A model generated the notes under the pieces. It made no database searches, was not told the DNA's origin, and saw only the letters and a list, made by a program, of their open reading frames with translations. A DNA stretch of 64,000 bases from a virus. Below, piece by piece: positions 7,121 through 16,644 of the stretch. A program made the position numbers and the translations under genes. The number at the start of each line of letters is the position of its first letter. The stretch's first letter is position 1. The stretch covers positions 1 to 64,000 of IMG/VR virus record IMGVR_UViG_3300017774_006254; one strand, written 5' to 3'.

Positions 7121-10015
7121 CTACTTGCGCCAGTGCCCTTTGCGAAGCTCGGCGATCTTGTCCATGGCTGCGATCTGAGCTTCAGATACTGAGGAGTAGT
7201 GCTGCTGCTGCGAGTCAGCGTCGATGCCCGCAGGCCAGTCGACTATGTACTCATCGTAACTGGGAAGTATGTATACCTGAGCCGAAGAGTCGTCGTTGGA
7301 CCACTCAAGCCCCTTGAGCGACTTCGTGTCTTGCAGTGGCAAGAAGAGCGAGTTCTTGACCGAAGCTGGGTACCAAACGTACGTGTTCTCCCCCAGAGGG
7401 ATAGGACGCGTCTCATGGTTCCCGCCTTCGCTGTCTCTCTTCTTTTTGAAGTACGTGTTGATCAGCGCCGAGGTGATCTCTCGCTTGGCCCAAGCACTGC
7501 CGTCTTGAACGCCAACGAAGTCGCCCTCACCGAATCCGGCGTGCAGCGCTTCACCAACCCACGTGAACAGATTCAACTGCGGACCAGTGGGGGCACCCTT
7601 CGTTTCCGCTCTCGGGCGTGGGTCCGCTGGCATCTCCTCCACCTGTGAAACGAGGGACACAGCCTGCTTGTCATCTACCTCGTCAAAAAGGCCAGCTTTG
7701 TTCGCCTCATCGTAGAGCTGCATGATGACCTTCGGATCCAGCTCGATGCTCATTACATACAGAGCCTTTTGCGCCTGCTCCTTGAGTTCATCCTTATAGT
7801 TCTTTGCGCTCTGGACAATTACCGATGGTGCAACATCGAGAGTCTTACGGTGGAGCTGCCTGAAGCTGTCCCACCATCCCAGAAGCACGGCGACGCGGCC
7901 GACGATTACTTTCCACGGCGTTGCCTCTGGCTTCTTCTTGGCGGCGGTCTTCTCCTTCTTGATCTCCGCGAACCGCGCTCGCGTCTCGGAGCGAATCGTC
8001 TTCACCTGCTTCTGCATGAACGTGGCCATGCCTCGGTGAGCGGCCTTCATGTTGACGGTCAACTGACTTGCGTACCCCTGGTCATGGTCCTTGAAGCCCT
8101 GCATGTGGGTAATCTCGTGGATGGCCGTAGAGCACAGCTCCTCAATGTCGCTGTCCAAGCTCATATCGAGACGGTCGCCTTCCAACGTCCACTCGTACTC
8201 ACCGGCGTCGTAGTCGTAGCGCCCACGCTTGAACTTCACCGGGTTGATCATCAACCAGTCGGTGTCCTCCTTACGGGTGTAAGCGCCGAGCGCGGGCTGC
8301 TGGTTCATGCCGTCGAGCAGCATGACGAATCCGACGCCGAACGGCCTGAAGTCGCCCAAAGCGTTGAGACCGAACTTGCACGCCTCTGTCCATGCCCGGA
8401 GAAGCACTACGTACTTCTGCTCCATCGTCTCTGGCTCAAGGCCTTTGGGCATCTTCCAGAACGGCATCTGGTTCGCGACGTACAAGTCCGGCTGCCACAT
8501 CGCGAAACGCACAGCCGCCGCGACCTGCTCTGTTGACGTCGCGTGCCCGAGGAAGTTCTGTACGAGGCTGACCACTGTCTCTCGGGAGGACTGAATGCGC
8601 TGAGCGGTTTGCTCTTCCAGCGTCACGGGTTCCGGCGCCCTAGCCTCGTCTTCTTCGAACGCGATCTCGATGTACTTGGAAAGGCTGTCCACGTCAGCTT
8701 TCGACGTCTTCTTCTTCGTGATTTGACCGGCGATCTTCGCGACGGCCTTGGCAGCGACTTCAGCGGCGCGACCCTCACGCACTTCGATTTCGCCAGTGCC
8801 TCGGTAGATCTTCTCCGCCTTCCACTTCTTGGAACGGAGGACCGACTCGGGCTCCTTTGCGAGGCTGGCTTTGAGCTTCTCAACGAACTGGCGAGCGGGA
8901 CCGATGAGAGAGTTACGACTTGCATCGAACACGTACTTCGCTGGTGCGTTCACGTCGACGTAGACGACGCCTGGGATGTTCGGAGCGTACTCCTCGAACA
9001 TGAACACGCCGCGGGCGCGCACATAGAGCCCCTTGTTCGCGCGAGCGTTGCGCTGATGGTGCGCGACAATTTCTCCGACGATCTTCCCGTCTTCGTCCTT
9101 GATCTGCGCGGTCGAGACCTCTTCGCCGCCGATCAGGTCCGCTGGAATCGTCTTGCCGTTCACACGCACTGTGACTCCGGGCAGGTGCGATCGTCCAAGT
9201 AGCTGAAGCGCGTACGTCTCGCTCGTGGTCTGCGTCAGAGGCATCCATGTGGTGATTCGAGTGCCCTGGATGCCCGAGGGCACCTGATGCACTCCAGGCG
9301 GCTCCAGGACGCTCTCGTGCTGCCCCACAGCGACGAGGTCTCGCGTCTCAACCTTCCAGCCGTACCAGGGGAACAGAATGAGGTTCTTGGCGTCGCCAAA
9401 GCCGCCCACGGCCGACTCAGGCTTCACAGACCCTCCGCGGGTCAGCAGAGCGCGCCGCAGGATGTCGGCGTCCATCCCTACGCCGTTGTCGTAAGCGACC
9501 ACGACCATCGCCTCCACGGAGTCGCCAGTTTCAACATCCCTGTACGTGCCAGGCGTGACCGAGAATTCCATCCGAGTCGCTTGGGCGTCGCGCGAGTTCT
9601 GCGCGACCTCACGCCACCAGGCGAGTTCCCAATTGCGGTAGCGCTGAAGAAGCTTGCTCCAGAAGTCCGGGGACACTCCCATGGCCACGAGAGCGTTCCG
9701 ACGAAGCGAGGTGTCGCTAAGGATCTCTCCCTCGGGCACAACGCCCGGTAGCGCCTCGCGCTCTGGAGTCTCCAGCACCTGGAAGAAGAAGACGTCCCCT
9801 TCGACGAAGGGCATCGTCATCCCGCCCTTGAAGAGTGGATGCCACCCATCAAGCGCCTTCACGACTGGATAGGCGGGAAACGTGCTGGTCGTCTGGTAAT
9901 GACCAGGGGAACCCAGGAACGCATCGACGTCGGAGATGCTCTCGATGACGACGGGGTTCTCTCGGGTTCCGGTTTCAGGGTTTCTGGTCGGACGGCGACT
10001 TGAGCGGCGAGTCAT
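7121..10015 (-). CDS. GHKL (HSP90/MutL-like) ATPase fused to an HExxH zincin-like domain, with an Arg-rich N-terminal leader
   Basis: Bergerat motifs REVAQNSRDA, DNGVGMD and GGFGDAK; AIHEITH...H motif; N-terminus MTRRSSRRPTRNP. Confidence 0.75.
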   Translation of the reverse strand: MTRRSSRRPTRNPETGTRENPVVIESISDVDAFLGSPGHYQTTSTFPAYPVVKALDGWHPLFKGGMTMPFVEGDVFFFQVLETPEREALPGVVPEGEILSDTSLRRNALVAMGVSPDFWSKLLQRYRNWELAWWREVAQNSRDAQATRMEFSVTPGTYRDVETGDSVEAMVVVAYDNGVGMDADILRRALLTRGGSVKPESAVGGFGDAKNLILFPWYGWKVETRDLVAVGQHESVLEPPGVHQVPSGIQGTRITTWMPLTQTTSETYALQLLGRSHLPGVTVRVNGKTIPADLIGGEEVSTAQIKDEDGKIVGEIVAHHQRNARANKGLYVRARGVFMFEEYAPNIPGVVYVDVNAPAKYVFDASRNSLIGPARQFVEKLKASLAKEPESVLRSKKWKAEKIYRGTGEIEVREGRAAEVAAKAVAKIAGQITKKKTSKADVDSLSKYIEIAFEEDEARAPEPVTLEEQTAQRIQSSRETVVSLVQNFLGHATSTEQVAAAVRFAMWQPDLYVANQMPFWKMPKGLEPETMEQKYVVLLRAWTEACKFGLNALGDFRPFGVGFVMLLDGMNQQPALGAYTRKEDTDWLMINPVKFKRGRYDYDAGEYEWTLEGDRLDMSLDSDIEELCSTAIHEITHMQGFKDHDQGYASQLTVNMKAAHRGMATFMQKQVKTIRSETRARFAEIKKEKTAAKKKPEATPWKVIVGRVAVLLGWWDSFRQLHRKTLDVAPSVIVQSAKNYKDELKEQAQKALYVMSIELDPKVIMQLYDEANKAGLFDEVDDKQAVSLVSQVEEMPADPRPRAETKGAPTGPQLNLFTWVGEALHAGFGEGDFVGVQDGSAWAKREITSALINTYFKKKRDSEGGNHETRPIPLGENTYVWYPASVKNSLFLPLQDTKSLKGLEWSNDDSSAQVYILPSYDEYIVDWPAGIDADSQQQHYSSVSEAQIAAMDKIAELRKGHWRK

Positions 10016-10286
10016 GCGCAATGCTAGCGCAGCTCGCGCTGGCGAGGAATCTCTGGTCGAACGTCTTCAGGTAGTCGAGGATGCCGGGGCCGACATCGAT
10101 CTTCATCTCCACGGGCGTGTCCTTCGGAACCGTGAGGAACATCTGGGACGGGACAGGTTTCATCTCTGCGAGCCTGACTCGCGGCGTGAGCCTCGAAAGG
10201 GCTTCGGCTCTCCGGTTTTGCTCGTCGATCGAATCCTGAGCGCAGTGCACGAGGTCCGCGATGTCTGCGTCTGGGTGCGTAGTCAC
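9975..10286 (-). CDS. hypothetical protein
   Basis: 103-aa coupled ORF. Confidence 0.45.
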   Translation of the reverse strand: MTTHPDADIADLVHCAQDSIDEQNRRAEALSRLTPRVRLAEMKPVPSQMFLTVPKDTPVEMKIDVGPGILDYLKTFDQRFLASASCASIAHDSPLKSPSDQKP

Positions 10287-10612
10287 CGGCGAGTGCTCCG
10301 TCTGCCAAGGCGATTGGACGTTCTCCTGTTTGGAGTAGGCGCTTCCCTAGGAGGCCATTCCCATCGAGGTTCACCGCTGGCCGCTGGAGTGCTCGATACC
10401 TCTTCCACGATCTCCCCTAGGCACGTCCAGGTTCCACGATCGTCAGCGTGAATTGCTGACGGGTACATGACGTTCAGGTTCACCGTGCCGTCATGGTTCA
10501 CTGCTACGACAGTGGCCGCGAACGGACCGCTCCAAGTGGCACCCCTTCGCTCTCGGTGCCATCTCAGTCGTGAGCTGTAGAAGTGAACGATGCGACCGAC
10601 TGTTGGGTTCAT
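10283..10612 (-). CDS. small phage beta protein (PTVGRIVH...WPPR type) with an Arg-rich tail
   Basis: MNPTVGRIVHFY...AATVVAV...VNLNV...WEWPPR followed by TPNRRTSNRLGRRSTRR. Confidence 0.65.
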   Translation of the reverse strand: MNPTVGRIVHFYSSRLRWHRERRGATWSGPFAATVVAVNHDGTVNLNVMYPSAIHADDRGTWTCLGEIVEEVSSTPAASGEPRWEWPPREAPTPNRRTSNRLGRRSTRR

Positions 10613-10904
10613 CGGCCTGTTATACTTCGATGAGCTTCCTTTCGCATCCGCATGTGAATCAGGCGCAGTTCCGCGTTCAGTAATTCGACTCGCTCTGACA
10701 GTTCTGGAGTTTCAAGGCCGAGGAGGCGAAGGCAGCGAATGCACCGCGGAGTCTTTTCTGGGGCGTCTCGTGAAGGGCGGGACGCGTAGCGCGCCGCTCC
10801 ACAAATGGTCCGCTCTCGCGTGTCTCCCTCGTACCTCAGTTGCCATGCGTGCGCGACAGGCCCGCACTCGTAGCGCCACGAAGGGCTCAAAGGCAATCGC
10901 CTCC

Positions 10905-11807
10905 TCATCGCCTCACGACTCGCATCGTAGCGGGATCGAGCTTCTCCATGTCGGGGTTGAGTCCAGCCGCCTTCCTCATGTCGTAGAGACTGCGTCCCGC
11001 AAGATGCTTGTAGAGGTCTTGGGCTAGTTTGTAAGCCTCGTCCTCATAGAGGTTCTTGGTGAGCCACTCAAGGTCGTGCGCCTTGAACAGTTCACCCTCG
11101 CGCATGCGCCAGTACATCTGGGCGCTCTCAAGCTGTTCTTTCAAGGAGCGGCCGGAGTCCTCGACGGGTCCGAAGCGTCGCAGTTGCCCCCGGTAGAACT
11201 CGTTCAGGGTCTGCCTGGCCTCGATGTTTTCTAGCTCAGCCACTCGTAACGCTTCGAGGGCTGGGCTCTTCTTGAGCTTGGAGACCGAGTGCTTCTTCAG
11301 CAGGGGCGCGCCATGTGCCCTCTGCGCCGCTCTGATCACCCTGTAGAGCTTGTCGTTCAGGCCCTGGTCGATGTCCTGCTTGGTGCTGTCTGAAATCATC
11401 ACCCACGACATCGACGCCCCGGCAGCGATTGCCGCGAACGTCCTGTGATTGCCGTCGCGTACCTGCGCTGTCAGCTCGCCGTTCTCAACGAGCAAGTCTG
11501 CGTACCCGGGCTCAAGCACGACTTCGCCGTGCCGGATCGCATCGACGAGAGTGCTGAATTTGACGGCGTCGAAAGAGTTGCCTTCGATCTCTTCAAGGTT
11601 CTCAGCTTCGATGGGGACCATCGTGCCATCGGTACTCCCGACGTAGCAGACTCCACGCATCGGACAGAAGAGGTCTTCGCCCTTTCGAGGCTTGAGAGTT
11701 CCCGCCGCGGTTTCAGGGAAGAAGTCGCTCAGGTCACCTGGCGGCGCGGTGAGGAGATCCTCCAGGAATCGCAAGTGCCGCGGAAGACTCACAGCGGCTG
11801 GTCCCAC
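10905..11807 (-). CDS. ParB/Srx N-terminal-like domain protein
   Basis: VRDGNHRTFAA motif. Confidence 0.55.
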   Translation of the reverse strand: MGPAAVSLPRHLRFLEDLLTAPPGDLSDFFPETAAGTLKPRKGEDLFCPMRGVCYVGSTDGTMVPIEAENLEEIEGNSFDAVKFSTLVDAIRHGEVVLEPGYADLLVENGELTAQVRDGNHRTFAAIAAGASMSWVMISDSTKQDIDQGLNDKLYRVIRAAQRAHGAPLLKKHSVSKLKKSPALEALRVAELENIEARQTLNEFYRGQLRRFGPVEDSGRSLKEQLESAQMYWRMREGELFKAHDLEWLTKNLYEDEAYKLAQDLYKHLAGRSLYDMRKAAGLNPDMEKLDPATMRVVRR

Positions 11808-14650
11808 GAGTCGATGACCATCGAGTCCAGCATGTCGTCAAACCCTGCCTGTTCTCGCTTCGCCTTCTCGTAATACAAGTGGTCCGCCGCATGACCCGGG
11901 TACATTTCAGCAGGCTGTTCATACCGATTCGGCGTCATCTTCTTGCGCAGCTTCGCCGCGAAGTCTTCGATGTCGTCGTCGATCTCCGCCTCTGCCTCAG
12001 CAGTGGCCTGATCGAAGGAGACGCCCTTGGCGATTTTGGCGTCGCGGAACTGCTCTTTCTGCCGCTCCATTTCTTTGCGAGCCTTCACCAGCTCGTCGAG
12101 GCTTTGCGCCATGTCGATAGCTTCCATCTCGGCCTCGTCGATGAGTTCTGCGAGTGACTCGACCGCCTTCAATTTCGACGAGTCGATCTTGCGACCGTCC
12201 TTGCCAACCATGTCTCCGAAGACGCGGAAGAACGACTGATCGCGCGTCAGGTCTTGTCCGTCGATGATCGCGGCGGCGGTGTCCGTCTTGTTCATGAGCA
12301 TGAGCCCGAGCTTCTGATCGATCGTGCCAACACCGTCGAGGTACGTGATCTGCGCGGTGTTCACCTGGCCAATTCGGTGAATGCGGTCTTCAGCCTGAAC
12401 CTGGTCGGCTGGACGCCAGAGTCGCTCAAGAAACAGCATGTCCTGCGAGCGCGTCAGCGTGAGCCCGGTGGCCAGTGGAATCGAGAACAGCAGCACGTCG
12501 ATGTCCCCGTCCTTCTGAAAGCTCTCGGTGATCTTTGCGCGCTTCGACATTGGCGTAGATCCAACAACAGCTGCCCAGCGGACCTTGCGACTGATGCTTG
12601 GCATCTCGCCCTTGGCCACGTCCTTGTCGAACTGGACGTTCATCTCGTCCAAGCCAGCTCCGATGGCCGTAAGCGCGTCCGCGTGTACACCCATAACAAT
12701 CAGAGGCCGGAAGCCGGTGCTCTCCAAGTGGTTCTCGATTCGATCGAGCGCTGCTTCCACCTTCCCGTTTGCGCTGACTCGACGCATGGCCGTCAGCCGC
12801 GTCAAGGCTTCGGCACGTGACGCCTTCATGACTCGTTCGGGGCCGCCGTGCGCGTACACCCAGGCAAGGAAGTCTCGGGTGAGCTGGACATAGGCGCGAC
12901 GCCACTTCTCGCTGAGGCTCACGAGAATCGACTGCCTGGACTTCGGCGGAAGCTCAGTGAGCACCATGTCCTTGGTGTGGCGCACCATGTACCGCTTCGC
13001 GCGAATGTGGAGTTCCTCCGAGTTGGTGCGACCGTTGGCATTGATGATCTTGCCGCGAGGGGTGTCCTGCTCGAACGCGCCACAGTAGCGTCTGTGGTAC
13101 TCGGCCTGGCTGTTCCACTCTTGCTTGTTGCAGAGGTGCAGGAGCGGGAACAGTTCCTTGGTTCGGTTCATCACCGGTGTTCCCGTGAGGAGCAAGAGCT
13201 TCGGAATGCCGAGGTGCAGGTCGTAGAAGGCGTTCGCTCGTCGCGGCGACTTCTCGGTTGGCACGTGCCTCTTCAGCTTCGGGTCCCAGTAGACGGATAA
13301 GTTCTTGAGGTACTGAGCTTCGTCAGCCAAGAGCGTTACGGCGCCAAGGGGAATGAGCCACGAGAGATGGTTCTGGATGATGTCGTAGTTGATGATGAAC
13401 ACGTCAGCGCGTTTTCGGTCCGCGATGGACGGTTCCTCGCTTCCGACTACGACGTAAACGGCAAGCTCTGGTCGCCACTTCGAGAGTTCGCTGACCCAGT
13501 TGTGCTTCAGGGTGGCGGGGCAGACGATGATGGCGGGCTGGTCGATGCAGGTGATGCCCACGAGCGACTTACCCAAGCCTTGCTCGTCAGCGAGAATCGC
13601 GCGGCGATGTTTCTCGATGAAGGCGACGCTTTCGATCTGGTACGGCTTCATCCCAGCCGGGATGACGCGGTCGATGACGATGTCTTCAGCTGCCTGGCCA
13701 ACCTCGGCAGCGGCCTTCTTTCTCTCTTTGGACGCTTGGCCAGCGATGACCTTTCCGTTGACGGTCTCGATGACCTCGAACGAGTGGAAGGTGTACTTGC
13801 CTCCCTTGGTCTCTCCGACGCCGATGTTCTTCTTGCGGGGGTCGATGAACTGAACGATCGACGTGCCGCCTCCGGGGATTTGGATCGTGTCGCCGAGGCG
13901 GATGCCGGAGGTGTCATCGGTCGATGTCTCGTTGGTCGACTTGAGACTTGGCTTCGAAGGGGCCTTGCCGAAGTCGTCCTCCTTGGGCAACGGCATCGAT
14001 GGCAGCGAGAACAGCATGTCGTCCGTCCCAAACGCCAGCTGGTCGCCGTAGGCCCCCTGAAGCATGTTCACTACCTTCCGCAGTTCTGAGCCATGGAACG
14101 TCCTCCACCAGAACTCCCCCTCCTTCATGGGTGGGGCGAAGAAAATGTGCTTGGACTCGCGAGCAATGCGGTTCCACTCCTCGTTGTAGGGCGTGTGGAC
14201 TTGGAGCGTGCCGCGCTCGGTGGCTCGAAAACGGATGAACTCTTTCGGCGAGTTCAGTCGGAACTTGAGGAGCCTAGCTGCAACGTCTTTGTAGCCGAGG
14301 ACGAGCGCTAGGTTGTAGGCAGAGGCGACAGTGTGCTTCCCCTCGTCGATGCGATTGGCGACGGTGTCGATGGCGCTGTCCCCGAATTCCATCGCCAGAG
14401 CAACGTGCAGGAGGCTGACCACAATGGCATGGAAGGCATGCTCTGGAACAGTGAGCGCGCCCTGCTCCTCGACGTCAGCTCGAAGGACGGGAGGAATCTT
14501 GCTGACGACAGCGTCAATCTCAGCTGCGGACGCTTTGATAACCGTCAGCGGACGGCGAATTGCCTTCCAGCACTCGGGGCAGATGCCGTTGTCCTCGGGC
14601 GTCAAAGGCTTGTCGTCAAAGGCGCATTTTGTGGGTTCTTGAGTGCTCAC
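11789..14650 (-). CDS. SNF2-family (SMARCAL1-like) helicase/translocase
   Basis: ILADEQGLGKS, IINYDI, ADEAQYLKN, LLTGTPVMN, GLTLT, QAEDRIHRIGQ. Confidence 0.92.
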   Translation of the reverse strand: MSTQEPTKCAFDDKPLTPEDNGICPECWKAIRRPLTVIKASAAEIDAVVSKIPPVLRADVEEQGALTVPEHAFHAIVVSLLHVALAMEFGDSAIDTVANRIDEGKHTVASAYNLALVLGYKDVAARLLKFRLNSPKEFIRFRATERGTLQVHTPYNEEWNRIARESKHIFFAPPMKEGEFWWRTFHGSELRKVVNMLQGAYGDQLAFGTDDMLFSLPSMPLPKEDDFGKAPSKPSLKSTNETSTDDTSGIRLGDTIQIPGGGTSIVQFIDPRKKNIGVGETKGGKYTFHSFEVIETVNGKVIAGQASKERKKAAAEVGQAAEDIVIDRVIPAGMKPYQIESVAFIEKHRRAILADEQGLGKSLVGITCIDQPAIIVCPATLKHNWVSELSKWRPELAVYVVVGSEEPSIADRKRADVFIINYDIIQNHLSWLIPLGAVTLLADEAQYLKNLSVYWDPKLKRHVPTEKSPRRANAFYDLHLGIPKLLLLTGTPVMNRTKELFPLLHLCNKQEWNSQAEYHRRYCGAFEQDTPRGKIINANGRTNSEELHIRAKRYMVRHTKDMVLTELPPKSRQSILVSLSEKWRRAYVQLTRDFLAWVYAHGGPERVMKASRAEALTRLTAMRRVSANGKVEAALDRIENHLESTGFRPLIVMGVHADALTAIGAGLDEMNVQFDKDVAKGEMPSISRKVRWAAVVGSTPMSKRAKITESFQKDGDIDVLLFSIPLATGLTLTRSQDMLFLERLWRPADQVQAEDRIHRIGQVNTAQITYLDGVGTIDQKLGLMLMNKTDTAAAIIDGQDLTRDQSFFRVFGDMVGKDGRKIDSSKLKAVESLAELIDEAEMEAIDMAQSLDELVKARKEMERQKEQFRDAKIAKGVSFDQATAEAEAEIDDDIEDFAAKLRKKMTPNRYEQPAEMYPGHAADHLYYEKAKREQAGFDDMLDSMVIDSWDQPL

Positions 14651-14691
14651 ACGTGGATTCTACACGGTCACGAATACGTCGCCCACCTGGC

Positions 14692-14720
14692 TTGACGCTG
14701 CGAGTAGGCACGTGTACTTT
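14692..14720 (+). promoter_or_regulatory. sigma70-like promoter giving a leaderless transcript
   Basis: TTGACG-17-TACTTT-CGACAC-ATG. Confidence 0.7.
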
Positions 14721-14726
14721 CGACAC

Positions 14727-15101
14727 ATGCCTACGTACCAGTACAAGTGTGACACCTGCGGCTCTGAATTCGAAGTGGAGCAGCGCATCTCCGATGCCCC
14801 GTTGACCGAGTGCAAAATGATCGACGCGCGTCTCACGGAACGTTCGCAGATGTTCAAGCACTCTGTCGGCGTTTTCTCGTGGCACGGGAAGTCCGCCGAG
14901 GGGCACCCGCACCGCTGCTCATGTCAGGCGGGCGATTCGACTCCGCACAAGCACAGCGAGGATGAGCCGCATGCGTGCCACCGGTGCTCGTGTAGTGCGT
15001 ACTCTCCTGCGGAGCCACGCTGCGCTGGCAAGGTGACTCGGCTCATCAGCTCGACGAGCTTCGTCCTGAAGGGCCCTGGCTGGTTCAAAGACGGGTACTA
15101 G
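14727..15101 (+). CDS. FmdB-family zinc-ribbon protein with a His/Cys-rich insertion
   Basis: MPTYQYKCDTCG..FEV.Q.ISD.PLTEC...C.GKVTRLISSTSFVLKGPGWF..GY. Confidence 0.8.
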   Translation: MPTYQYKCDTCGSEFEVEQRISDAPLTECKMIDARLTERSQMFKHSVGVFSWHGKSAEGHPHRCSCQAGDSTPHKHSEDEPHACHRCSCSAYSPAEPRCAGKVTRLISSTSFVLKGPGWFKDGY

Positions 15102-15106
15102 GCAGC

Positions 15107-15523
15107 ATGTCAACCGACGAGGCTATCGCCGCCGCGCAGAAGCTGGGCGCACGCGTTCCGACCAATCGAGCGATGACTGCCGGGATCGATTCCAGAGGGC
15201 ACGCGTTCTGCCCTACCTGCTCCTTTGGCGTGGATCGCTACTCGTCATGTGAATACTGCGGTCAAATGCTGGAGTGGGGATGGCTGCACGGTCACATCGA
15301 ACATCTGATTGAAACCGACAAGAGCCCAGAAACCACTGATCCGTTCATGGCCGTCCTGTCGCACTGGCCAAGCACGCTGCTAGTCCGGCTCTCGTTCATC
15401 ACTCGACGTGAACTGTGCGCGGTCCTCCTAGCCGAGAACAACCGTAGGCACTGCGTCGAGGTGCGCCGAAGATGCGCCGAAGAATTGGACCGCCGATCAG
15501 CTCGCGGGATCGAAGATGACTGA
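15107..15523 (+). CDS. double zinc-ribbon paralog 1
   Basis: CPTC...CEYCGQ; C-terminus ELDRRSARGIEDD. Confidence 0.7.
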   Translation: MSTDEAIAAAQKLGARVPTNRAMTAGIDSRGHAFCPTCSFGVDRYSSCEYCGQMLEWGWLHGHIEHLIETDKSPETTDPFMAVLSHWPSTLLVRLSFITRRELCAVLLAENNRRHCVEVRRRCAEELDRRSARGIEDD

Positions 15524-15953
15524 CGATGACGTCACGGCGATCAATAGGCTTGGAGTAACCGTTCCCTATGGGCGAGCCGTGATGCCCTTCGTGGGTGTCA
15601 CATCAGGAAGGCCATACTGCCGTACTTGCAAGAACCCCCTACGCATGTACCGCACATGTGCTGAGTGCGGGCAGATGCACCACTGGGAGTACGTGCACCG
15701 CGTCTCCGCCGCGAACCGAACTTGGTGTCCGCCTGTGCCGAAAGAAGAGATCGAGTACCTGGACAAGTGGAACTGGGAGGCTACCCCAACAAGGCACCTG
15801 GTGGGCTGGGCCCTAGTCATCACCGAACTTGAACTGAAGAAAGTGACCAAGGCCGAGGAGTTAGATGTGACTCGGCCTCACACAGCGCTAGTTCGAGAGC
15901 TGGCAACGAAAGAACTGGACCGCCGATCCAGAAGAGGCATCGAAGATGAGTGA
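15516..15953 (+). CDS. double zinc-ribbon paralog 2
   Basis: CRTC...CAECGQ; C-terminus ELDRRSRRGIEDE. Confidence 0.7.
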   Translation: MTDDDVTAINRLGVTVPYGRAVMPFVGVTSGRPYCRTCKNPLRMYRTCAECGQMHHWEYVHRVSAANRTWCPPVPKEEIEYLDKWNWEATPTRHLVGWALVITELELKKVTKAEELDVTRPHTALVRELATKELDRRSRRGIEDE

Positions 15954-16404
15954 CAAGTCGGCGACAGAGGCTTTGCATCGGCTCGGCGTGCCCATTCCGT
16001 TCCCACATCCCATTCACCCTCCGATGCGCGAGAGTGGTGGAACGGATGACTGTCCAATCTGCGGCGCACCCATCGAGCCTATGCGCTGCTGTCAAGAATG
16101 CTCTCAAGTGTTTGGCTGGGGATGGGTCGAAGTGTGGATAGGCGCGTGGATGGACGACGAATACTGCTGGCCACCACTGCCACAAGCAGACGTCGATTCC
16201 ATGAGAAACCAAGCTGCCACGGCAACCTCCGAGCACTTGGTCAAATACTCCAACTACTGGAAAGACTCATTCACCTTCGTATGCCTCATGCGCTCGACTT
16301 GGACAGCCGAAGAGCAAAAGAACCAGCGAGCTGTCTGCACCTGGAAACGCATCATGGAGGCAGAACTCGACCGCAGGGCCGCGCGAGGGATTGAAGATGA
16401 GTGA
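15946..16404 (+). CDS. double zinc-ribbon paralog 3
   Basis: CPIC...CQECSQ; C-terminus ELDRRAARGIEDE. Confidence 0.7.
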   Translation: MSDKSATEALHRLGVPIPFPHPIHPPMRESGGTDDCPICGAPIEPMRCCQECSQVFGWGWVEVWIGAWMDDEYCWPPLPQADVDSMRNQAATATSEHLVKYSNYWKDSFTFVCLMRSTWTAEEQKNQRAVCTWKRIMEAELDRRAARGIEDE

Positions 16405-16615
16405 GGATTGGCGCGAGCGTCACAGGAACGACAACGCGATCGAAGCTCTCAACAAGCTTAGCGGCGAAGATGTCCCGTTCGACCATCCTGTTCCTCCGCG
16501 GCTCGACCAGTACAAGAACCACTGGTGCCCAGTGTGCCGATACGGCCTACTTCGAGACGACAGCAAGTGCCACAACTGCGGGCAGGAGATTTCACTCGAA
16601 GTCTCAGAACGTTGA
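16397..16615 (+). CDS. double zinc-ribbon paralog 4 (short)
   Basis: AIEALNKL..PF.HPV.P...CPVC...CHNCGQ; lacks the C-terminal helix. Confidence 0.6.
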   Translation: MSEDWRERHRNDNAIEALNKLSGEDVPFDHPVPPRLDQYKNHWCPVCRYGLLRDDSKCHNCGQEISLEVSER

Positions 16616-16644
16616 ACCAGCTGACCAGAGCGCTACGCTTCCCT

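Noticed and set aside
10905-11807. Plasmid partition system
   Set aside because: Only a ParB-N-like motif is present; there is no ParA, HTH or parS array nearby.
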